Source: Tubiluchus corallicola (Eukaryota > Animalia > Priapulida). From it: DNA of 64,000 nucleotides. A program made the translations under genes and the position numbers. Of this stretch, positions 53,351 through 64,000 are shown piece by piece. Location of the stretch: the NCBI GenBank assembly GCA_030141605.1, contig JAQGDQ010000002.1, positions 806,001-870,000 of the forward strand. Reading direction: 5' to 3'. Each line of letters starts with the position of its first letter. Positions within the stretch are counted from its first letter, which is position 1. The notes under the pieces are model-generated. The model searched no databases. It saw only the letters and a list, made by a program, of their open reading frames with translations, and was not told where the DNA came from.

Positions 53351-55584
53351 GCAGGCCTATTCTGGCCTATCGGAAATTGCTCATTAGACTTACACGCTAG
53401 TGTCATTTCATAAAAACTAAAGAAAAACTATTTATTGCTTGCTTAATGTCAACAACTGATAAATCGTACACGTGGCAAAATATTTTCTTGCTTCGTCATG
53501 GTCATGTGAGACTTAGCAGCTAGTATTGCTCAACTTAGCCATATGAATGTTGCAATCAGGATGTAAAATGGGAAAATACAAAACGCAGTTTCAACGCGAA
53601 GGACAGAAGACTTCATCCTTCAGTAGTTGGTTGAGAATTGTGTTCTGCGGAATGGCGAGGATGGACTCCGGAAGACGTGGACGGAACGTAACAAGCATGT
53701 TTGCTAAGTTTAAAAAAATTGAGACAGTTGAATGTTTATAAGCTTACTGCGATTCCCGTGGCGGAAAGCATGCAATGATTGTATACGGAACTATTGAATC
53801 ACGTCAATTTATAGACAGGTGTGCAAATTGGACTACGGGCTTGTGATTACAGGTGGGCTAATTTCGTTATCAGTGGGTGAGGTAAATTTTATGATTTGAT
53901 ATTTTGTTTACAAGTTCAGAGCTCGCCCACGCACGCTTATATTTGACAGGTGTAGGCAGTAGTGTTCAATTGTGCAAGTTAATTGTTGGTAGTTTGTGCA
54001 CCTGATCAGTGCCTGAATTAAAGATTAACTTACGCATGCCGGGCATTTCTATTTTTATTTTTTTGGTTTTAGAATTAGGTCATAGGTTTTTATAGCAGCA
54101 TAATGAACGTAGTAATCTTTGACTACTAGCAACATACAAAGCAAAAAACAGGAAATTTCAAAGCCACATTACGCTAATGTTTGTTCTATGCGTAAATCAT
54201 GAATGTGGTTAACCTTTATTTGAGTGATGCTGATTAAACTAAACTTGATTATCTGAAAGATATTTTCTGATTTTCTATTAATCTTTGATTAGCTAACACA
54301 ATATTTTCTTAGTAAAAGTGAACTTTCTACGATTTTGTCGTCTAAACTTGTGGCTTTTATAAATGGGGATAGATGAACAACAACGCATTATAATCATAAA
54401 AAATTTACGAAAACCTTGTAAAGTAGACTACAATTTCCATGCTTCAAGATGGACTGCTGGATTCTCAAATGTCAAAAAATCTTCGAAAACAGCGAGCAGA
54501 GATTACAGATAGCACCCATACCTTGACAAGACGCGTAGGTGCCATAATTTAAATAAATTTTATGGCGTTACGCCGTGTTGTCAGAGAAAAGGTGTAGTTG
54601 CAACCAAAAATCAGCATTTCCACGTTAAACTTTTTTAGAGTGACCAAAAGCTTGAAAATGGCGGTGTGCTGGTTTTTTGTCAGCATTTAGTTATAATAGA
54701 TAAGTCTATATAACTGTTATAAAGTTGTTTAGAATATTTAAAAGTTTGATCTTATTAACAACTTACATTTGCCATCTAATGTAAATTTGTAGCCTACATG
54801 TTGAACGGTGACTTTGGCATTTGAATTTTTGATTGGGAAAATTAAAACACGTGAGATCCCAAACGCAAATGTTATAAGTTTTAACAAAATAAATTGGTTT
54901 AAAGGTGCACATACACATACGTGCGGGAGTGTGCGGCGGCGCCATATGCGAATCATTCGGTCGGTGTGGTAGATACGTTAAGTAGTCCAGTGACAATAAT
55001 TGCGGAGTGCGTGCTTCGATCGGCACCACGTTTTTGTATGTTGATTTTTTTCATAATTAATAGCTGTCCTGGGTTAGGTTTCGCACTTTCTGCACTCTCC
55101 AGACAAACTGCAGTGCACATACATCCGCATATACATTGCTTCACAATGCTAATGCACACTTCGTGAATGAGTGTGTGCTTTTGTGGACTTTTTTTTACAA
55201 AAACTGGATGTTTTTCGCGTGGGCTGTAGAGTTTCTATAGACCTATAGGCCAAACAACGCCGGTTGGCCTACTTCGCAGAAGCAAAGCAACACGGAATTT
55301 TATAGATAAGATTTATATGTCCAGCCAAAGTGTAACGATTCACCAGAAGCTGAACTTGAATTGACTTTCTGTGAATCAGTCTATGAACTTCTTGATGATA
55401 TTTCGCAGAAGCAACGGACAGTGTGGTTTACGCAGAATACGTTAAATTTTAATGTCATTGAACGAAACTGCGCAGACAATTTACCGCGCAATTAGACAAC
55501 AAAAGCTTTGAATAGATAAATAATTATTATGCACAGCAATAGGAAATTTATTATTGTTGAATTAATTCATTCTTATCCCAATTT

Positions 55585-55770
55585 TTAATTCTGGCCTTTA
55601 TTTTTTGCGTTTTCTTCTTGCTTTTTTCTTCTTTCTATTTTTCTTTCTCTCCGTGTTCCTTCCCCTTCCGCCCTCTCAATTTCTTCAGTTTTTTCCTTTT
55701 CTCCATTTTTTTCTTTTTTCCATTTCGATTTAATTATGTTTATTTTTCCCCTGTATTTTTCTTTCTGAGT
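55585..55770 (+). repeat. polypyrimidine (TC-rich) low-complexity tract
   Basis: seen directly. Confidence 0.75.
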
Positions 55771-56147
55771 AAACCCCATTTTTGCCCTGTGCTATCTAAT
55801 GTCGTGTAACGTTTTCAAGTGTTTCTTTTCAATTTCTTCTCGCACAGACAATTCGTTTTGTCTTGTCACTTTCTCCTGTAATTTGCATTACTTTTCTAAG
55901 TGAGATATAATCCATTTGACGTCTCTCCCTGCATTCAATTGTTAAAAGGAAAAAATTAGCCTAATATTAATGCGTAAGCCTTTAGAATTTCTCTTGCACA
56001 AAGCTTGCAACACACAAAGACGTTGTTCAACTTGGCGCGCTTGCTAACTTGCAAAAAACGTCAATCAGGCAAACTTTATGCGCATGCGTATACTGCGCTA
56101 AATCGACAATATTGGTAAACATTTTTCTTTGTTTGTGACTTCAATAA

Positions 56148-56288
56148 AAATTGCCTCGGTGGTGCTATTATAGGTCACCTCGGGCCATTGCTGCCGGCCA
56201 CCTGTCCTAATATGACCTTCGTACAACAACATACGCCGTTTGTAGCTTTGCGTGGGTTTTCCTAGCGTTTGAAATGTTGCTAAATACT
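56148..56288 (+). repeat. ~130-140 bp dispersed direct repeat, copy 1
   Basis: shares aaattgcctcggt...cattgctgccggccacctgtcct..atgaccttcg...aatgttgctaa with 58304-58431. Confidence 0.88.
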
Positions 56289-58044
56289 TAGCTAGTTAGC
56301 CCAGCAGCCGTTATAATTGTGAGCGGAAATACCAATAAAGATTATGCAGTTGTTGAGTTGATAGAACTGTTAAAATATTCAGGTTTCAACAGTTGAAAAA
56401 ATAAGCAAACGCAGAGTTGTGTATCAGTCAGCAAGATGTGATTTCAGTAAAGTACTTAAGGTCATAATAACTTAAAGAAAGAAGGAATAATAACATTTCA
56501 ATAACATTTCTAAGCTTTGCCGAAATTTTAATATCCTGCCTGCTAGTGAAAAATTTAATTTTTGTAACACTAAAGACTGTGATCTTTTATGTGTAAATGT
56601 TATTTTTTAAAAATTCGTGTGTTGGTCACATTTGATGTTGCAATAATTACTGCGTGATTGTTTATGTCTTTGTATTGTAGTTGTTTTATTTTCGTGTTTG
56701 ATAATTTGTTATTCCTAGTCTTGTGCATTGCACTGTTCTTTTGTGAAACTGTGCAATTGTTATACCCAAATAAAATAAAAATAAATTTTAAATTATAATG
56801 CCATAAAGGATATTAAAAATGTTCAATGTTGGAAAATTATTTCAGCAAACTTTTAAAAAAATTACGACGATAAATAATCCTTTAAGGCCATTGTAACGGA
56901 GATTTATTCACTATATTAGCAGCATTGATGGTTGTGATTACATATTGCAGGTCGACTTAATTCTGTCAGTTTTCATGTAAATTAAGGGATTGACACTAGG
57001 CAAGAGTTAAGCGGTCATCACTCCAGGCTAGAGTTTCACATTGCAATAGAGGCTTCCTTCAACATAACCCATCATTAAAATTTCGCTTAAGCAGCTCCTG
57101 CGGAAACAGGGCTTACAGGAAAACTAGGTCACAGGGACCTGTAGTCATCATAGGTCAACTTAACCGTAATGGAAATAAGCGGCGTGTGACACCTGCATAT
57201 TTTGGAGACCCACCAAGCAATACAGGCAAATAAGGCAATGCACCAGCTGCATGGCCTTGCAATTATTATCTTTCGTTATTTTTTCGCAAACGAGATGCAA
57301 TCTCGTTTGCACATTCAAACGAATAGCCGATACTAACGTGAGGGTGGCTTTGTAAGGTATGGCAGTGAGTGGCAACTATACGCAGTACTTACGAAATGAG
57401 AATAGGTCTAATCTGGAGATGATTTTTCGTCCGCTTAATTAATGCCCTATTTTTCCAAGTTCATTAATCAGTAAATATTAATAACCCAAGTAGCTTTTCT
57501 TGCGGACCTAAATTAAAGTGCCATAGCAGCTGCAAAAATTACACATTAAAAATGTAAAAGAAAATGTTATTGTCGTAAACATACTCCCGCCTTATTTGCT
57601 TTATCTAAACTGCCCAGCCTAGCCTTGATAAATTTATGGGCGCTTTCAGATAAAGAAAAATGCATGTTCAAGAATTTTATAAACGGTTGGCTGAAAACTA
57701 CGATGCGTGTCTGTAATCATCGGCCATTGTCTGCCAGCAGAAATCTGTGTCTGCTGTGCACTTTTGCATGCCATGATTAATAAAGGGTTATTTGCGAAGA
57801 TGGTGGATAGGCGGGGTTTTATCAACCGTCACTTGAAGCTGGTTAGTCTTATTATAATTCAGAACAATTACCTGTATCGTTGCTGCATTTATCAATTATT
57901 GTAGAAGATCGGGAATTGGGTCAGTAAAATTTAATAATGAGGGATATCCTCAAACTGCCTAAACTGATGGCATGTCATGACTGATGACAATGGCGACGAA
58001 TGGCCTTACGAAAAAGTACAGATTAGTTAAGATTGCACGTGTCT

Positions 58045-58292
58045 GTAATGAGCGATGATGATGATGATGACAACAGCTGTGATAATGTTGTGCTGCTGCA
58101 GCTGTTGTTGGTGCTCAAAAAATGGTGGTAGTGATGGCGAAGACAAAGACGATAAGTGATCAAGATGACCTCTATTGATGATGATGAATATGACGTTGAT
58201 GATAAAGATGACGATGATAATGGTGACGATGATGACATGGTAATGGTGCTGTTATTACTGGTGCTGCTGCTGATGATGATGGTGATAATAAC
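58045..58292 (+). repeat. degenerate (GAT/GCT)n low-complexity repeat
   Basis: seen directly. Confidence 0.75.
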
Positions 58293-58303
58293 AATTTCGA
58301 TAT

Positions 58304-58431
58304 AAATTGCCTCGGTTATGCTGTTTGAGTCACATTGCTGCCGGCCACCTGTCCTCACATGACCTTCGCGCAACAAGATGCGCCATTTGTAACTTTGGGT
58401 TTTTGCTAGGGTATGAATGTTGCTAAGCACT
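58304..58431 (+). repeat. ~130-140 bp dispersed direct repeat, copy 2
   Basis: see copy 1 at 56148-56288. Confidence 0.88.
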
Positions 58432-59404
58432 ATGATGACTGCGGTAGTGTAATGGTGCTAGTAGAAGTGATGGCGGCAATAGTGTTGAGCCACTGGAAAA
58501 GAGATGAGAGGAATAAAAACTATGAGAGACAGAAAAAAATAGGCGCAGAAAATTGGCAGCGCAGTTGATTTATTAAAGAATAGCAAGGGTAAATTTAATT
58601 GCGATGGCGATATTGGCGTTGGCGTACCCAGTAAATGGTAGCTACCACTTTAGTACGTAGGCTACTGCTGGTAGAAATTTTTAAAGTAACTGAGTCAGTT
58701 TATGCGATTTTTTATAAATCGAAGAGATCAGATGACTCTAGGAGTTCTGAAACCCAGTTTTACAGATGCCGTTGACATGAGTCAGGCTCAGCTAGCCAGG
58801 TCATTGTGTGTTTATACATCTGCCAGATCAGTCATTACCGGAAGGCGTGGGCGTGTGGGAAAAAACTGTAATATGTATCACAAGATAGTGAGAGTGAGGA
58901 TTGCTGGAAACTGGAAACTGGAGTAGTCAAAAATTAAAAACTCGTGCGAAGTTTGAAAGAGACTATTTCAGTTGTTAATTTCATTTGCTAATGTGACCTG
59001 TGGGTGGTCAAGTCTCAGTGGGAGCTCTGAAACGAACAGTGATTTTTCAAAAGTTACTTTTCTCACGGTTTTCTACCGCCCAGTCAATTACCACGGTTAT
59101 CAGAAGTTGGCATTATTGCATTTACTTTTTTGTGACGTATTTCCTCTGTATAACAGTGAGCTGTTTTCAAGGCCTGCAAGCTGCAGTGATTGCAGTAATT
59201 GCAACAGCACAAACATGCAAGTCCCGCAACACGGCGGCGGCGAGGATTTACCAATGAAAAATTATTAACTTTAGGAAGTTATATTAATGCAGCATCGTCA
59301 TCATACAATTACTAGTAGAAATTACTACTATGAGAGTATATGTACAGTAGAATATAGCGCAGCAGATTTTCTGCCACTTGTTAGTTATCTTGCCGATAAT
59401 TTTC

Positions 59405-59650
59405 AAAAGTGAAGAACACAAAAAAGAAAAAGAGAAAAGCAGGGACAAGAAATGGGATGAAAAGAAAGAAAAAAGAAAATGGAAATGAAAGCACAAAGGA
59501 AAAAAGAAAAAGCCAAATAAAGAAAAAGTAGAAAAGAAAAGAGTAGCGAAAAGGAAAAGGTTAAAAATAAGAAACGAAAGGAAGGGAAAAGAAGATAACG
59601 AAAAGAAAGTAACAGAAAATAAAGGAAAAGGAAAGGAAAGGAAATATGAA
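59405..59650 (+). repeat. polypurine (GA-rich) low-complexity tract
   Basis: seen directly. Confidence 0.78.
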
Positions 59651-62600
59651 GTGGCATAATGAAAATCTGACATAAATATACAATTTCAAACTGATATGAT
59701 TAATGATTATTATTATTATTATTAATAACTTTTTTAAACGTTTCAATTACAGTCAGAATAACATAAACAACTGTATTGACAGTTTAGATTATAATAGTCT
59801 GCTGCGTGACCTAGACATAATAACCGTAAACCCCGGGGCAAATTTTACAAAGAATGAAGCCAGCAAGCACCATCAGGCATGCGCTGTCGACATAAGCAGG
59901 AAGAATGAGAGTTCCGAAATTTCGAGTTCAAATTCGGGTCTTCGAGAACAACCGATCTACGGCGGTGCCTGATACGACGGTGATGATTTGTCACGTGCAG
60001 TGCACACAAACAAAATGACTTCATATCCGGAATTTGAACTCTGAAACTCGAACAAAGAGATCAAAGAGAGTTCGGTGCGCACGTATCGGTATTATAATGT
60101 GTAAGAGTTTTCCGAGAAATGACACTATAAGGAAGTTGAAGACTGTCAGCTCATACTATAAAAGCATGGGATTGGTTCAAAAAGAATAGTTATCATTATG
60201 TAACATTATAATAGCCTAGAATTTTCTTATGAAGATTTTTCTGCAGATAGGTAACTAGTCTCAAGATTCATTGATATACGAGATTTGGGGGGATTGTGAG
60301 TTCAGTAACATCTGCTCGGTACTAAATACCTCCTCAGTACGATGCTATTATCACGCCGTTTTAAACAACATTAACTACCACAACATTTTCCTATTGATTA
60401 ATAAAAACTTGGATGAGTAAAATTTTTTTTGAAATCAACAAAGCCTTCTTAATAAACATTATAATTGGATTAACGAAAACCGGCTATTGGCAAGGTTAAT
60501 TTGTAACTGAAATAGCGTGAAAAAATACTAGCCGTGCCTAAAATTTGGCAGGCGTATAAAAAACTGGGACAGTTATTTTTGTGATAATTGCACCTTGTCT
60601 GCACACGTGTTCGTAGGCAGTTTCGCGCGTTTTAGATGTTTAACAATGAACAAAAACCAGTTGCATATTTTCACCCGTTTTCACTAATTTCCCTAATATC
60701 CGTTGTCGACTCAAGACGCCCACGGTTTGGCGTTGATAAAAACGCATGGCATAACCAATCCTGCCTGTGTGGAATCGGACTCTCCCGTGAGTCATACGAA
60801 CCGACACGAATTCTTTCGTCTGTGAAAAGAGGCGCGCCAGCTATAAAGTCCGTGTACTTGTTTACGCCAGTATCATTACTGTGTGCGTTACTTGTGCGTG
60901 CTGCGAGTGAACTAAAAATGCGTATTTACCCACTGAGGTGTTTACGTGCGTTTTATCGACTGTCTGCAATAATTAACGTCTGAATGAATGCGCACAACTT
61001 GCATAAAATAGTCTAAAATCCTTTATTGACACGAATATGTTCTGTTCACGTGATTGTTGCAGCGTAGATCTTCTGTGAACTTATTTTTGATAGGCCTTAT
61101 TTTCGATTATGATTCGTCGTGTTATGAACATTTACTGAAAAGCCTCGGTTTTTATATAATTATTTCTAAATTATAAGCTTCGAATAATTTTAGCAGTTTA
61201 ATGATTTCATGCGTGCATCCATTTTAATTTAATTTAATAATTTTACCGTTTCACCTTAATTTAATGGTGTTTTATTTAGCTAATCTAAGTTGTTTGTTTT
61301 TATTGCTCTATGTAGGATTTATGTGCTTAAAATGGAACATCGGTAAAATATTGCCTACCTTTTTTAAAAATATTTTATTAACAATTCGTTCTAGTTACTG
61401 TCTGTATTCACATGTTAGCTTTTGATTAACCTAAGTCACCTAACCTTGTTTTCTTAAACTGTGGAATCTAAGTTTAATCTGTCGGTTTCCTAACACTTTA
61501 AGTGGGATTAATTGCCTATTATTTCAACTCCTAATTCCAATTATGCGTTAGGATAAAAGCAAAAAAACTAATGTTTTATAATTTCCACGCGTGCATCCGG
61601 CATGACAATTATAAGGTTATAAACGCGCTGAGTAGAATTTTAACTATGCCGGCCTAAAACTCGGTAAACAATAATCTGACTAAATCGAATTCCGGGAACT
61701 AACGATTTCACAATAACCGTGTGCGCAGTAGAGGAGTCAGTGGGGTGGAGTGAGAAGCGCAATCAGACAAAGAAAAAGCGTTTTCCTCCGGCACACAGAC
61801 GTATTGCACCACGTGTAACGTCTGACGTTCTGTTGCCACGCAGTATTCTAGTGTTGAAAGTCGTGGCAGAAACATGTGCTTTGTTGTGCCAAGCGATAAA
61901 GACGAATACAAGCTGCTGAGCTTTGGATTCTATAGTATCTTATAGTCTGGAAAGAAAGCGTCGCTCGACTCGTTTGAGCTTGCACAATCTGTGTGTCCTC
62001 GCGTGGCGTCGAGGTCACCACAGTTCATTTGAGGACACGGTGACATGAGCTGGACCAAGTAACACCTCGTTTAATCACTGTTTGTCTTCCATTTTGTACG
62101 TCACCTTCTATTATATTTGCATGTTATTCTTGAGACTGACTGTTTTTTCCACCGAGTGTAAAAATAAGACGGGAATTCGGTTAACAAAAAGTGGAGGTCG
62201 TTGACATCGAACAAAGAAAACAGCCGCGCCGTCGTCTCGACGAACCGGATCAATACCCGGCGACTGACGGATTTCAGGAAGTCTCCCAGTCGGGATGATG
62301 GTGTTTGTGAAATAACTGATAGCCTGGCTCGTCAGGTGACACAGTCTGTATTGTTTTAAAAATTTTAGACGTGTCGTCTGATGAGTGAGGAGTCAGACGT
62401 TTTCTCCAGACACAAGTGCTGCTTTCTAAAGTGGATAAAACTCGTAGTATCTAGTGGAATAGAGTATTCAACCGCCAGTTAAATTCTGTGGGCTTAAAGA
62501 TTTTAAGTGATGACTGTGTGATAATTACTGTAGTTAAAATTTTTTCAAATGAAATTAAGTTTAACAGCGTTTGCATGCCCGGGACATTTTATTTCCTGAT

Positions 62601-64000
62601 ATTATTATATATAAAACGTGTTTAATAATAGATAAATTTTGCATGTATAACTTGTGTACAGTGTATTTTGTTGTATGCACGGCTAATGCCTATATCGTTG
62701 GTTTTCAAATCGGCCTCCAAGTCTTTTTAAAATTTGCTTGTTTTAAAAATTGACAATCGTAGTCAGTATAATATATCCGGGAGTTGTCATAAATCTTAAT
62801 TTGTGTGTACGCTGACTTTAATGCTTTTTCAGTATAATATTTTATTTCTTCTCGAGTTCCTGTGGCACGCTGGCAGTTGCAGTAGTTCACGATGTAATAA
62901 GGTGTAATAGTTATTCCTATTATAAGCCATTTCTTTTAATTACTCAATTTTTAAGTTGATGCATACGTTAAAGTGTTGAACATAAATTACTTCTTATTAC
63001 TAACAAAGCAGAGAAGCTGTCAATAGCTGTATAGTGTGGCAAGTTCATGACTGGGAACTTTATGATCTTATGATAAACATTTTAACAGTTATACCACAGC
63101 CGTGTAGCCGTCTAGTCAATGAACTTATAAGAATGCAGGGCTTGGATTAAATACATATAGGCAAAACGTACAATATCATTATCATTATTTCTTAGCATAC
63201 AGCGCCTGTCGGTGCTTATAGCGTATACACAATAATAACCAGAGGACTTTGGAACGAGGATAATCACGACCCAAGGAACGGGGATGAGCTAAGGTGATTG
63301 ACCCACTAAATAGTGAAGCCAATTGTTGGGTGTAGAACGTACAGCGTCCATGCATTGATTGTTACACAGATTAGCAGATTCAAATATTTGGGACGATCCC
63401 CTGTGCAACTGCAGCAGCTGCAAAAATAGAGCAGTTTTGTACTAAAGTACTTGAAGACAGTATTTAGAACATCCTAATTTTTAAATGCTTTTCACGGTCG
63501 GCATGGCTAAACAATTAGCTCTTTTAAGATATAATACGGTACAGCTATATTGCGTCCTCTGTTTATTAAGATGAAGGAAGCCGTCAATTTACTTATTAAA
63601 GTAAAGTCATCTCGATGGGCTCTACTCGAACAATTTTTTATTGACAAGCATTCCGATATTAAACTCATTAATTTTCAATTTTTGATTAATTAATTAATTG
63701 TTACTTTGATTAATTTGCTTCTTTAGTTTACAGCTTGTGTGTTTTAATTGATATTCAATTCAGGACATATCACTCACTCAGTCGTCTAAAAATTAAAAGT
63801 GCTCAGACCACTACTATTGAAATCTTCCTTTTCTTGTCAATGGAGGGCACTACATGCTTTGCATTATATGACAGGAATATGATTTGTCGCACAACCTGGT
63901 ACTTGCGAAAATTATTAGTCATCTATTAGAATCTCGAATCTTCAGAACTTGCTTTTAGCAGTATTAAAACATCTTTGGAGTAGAATATACTTGGATGAAA

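Noticed and set aside
55585-59650. TC-rich and GA-rich tracts as a large inverted repeat
   Set aside because: Complementary in composition only; no alignable register
62120-62360. Coding exon on the plus strand
   Set aside because: Open stretches are bounded by stops with no usable ATG or acceptor and no recognisable protein family

Overview
AT-rich, intron-rich animal (probably invertebrate) genomic DNA, not prokaryotic. I reconstructed three multi-exon genes by hand, all head-to-tail on the minus strand, with splice phases checked: (1) a RasGRP/CalDAG-GEF family gene (REM, CDC25, two EF-hands, C1, LC8-type TQT motif; 14 coding exons, 3' end runs off the left edge); (2) a complete ninein/ninein-like gene (21 coding exons, about 1215 aa); (3) a complete RABL2 small GTPase gene (7 exons, about 224 aa) with a U12-type GT-AG intron. 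Introns and intergenic DNA hold several non-autonomous hAT-type elements, pentamer and trinucleotide satellites, a perfect 33-bp foldback and a duplicated ~130-bp segment. 53-64 kb has no recognisable coding exon. I cannot support a wholly new system. The most unusual candidate is a (GA)51 microsatellite inside an open RasGRP exon that could act as a reading-frame switch, next to an RFX X-box/CRE promoter-like region. Most short ORFs in the supplied track are spurious.
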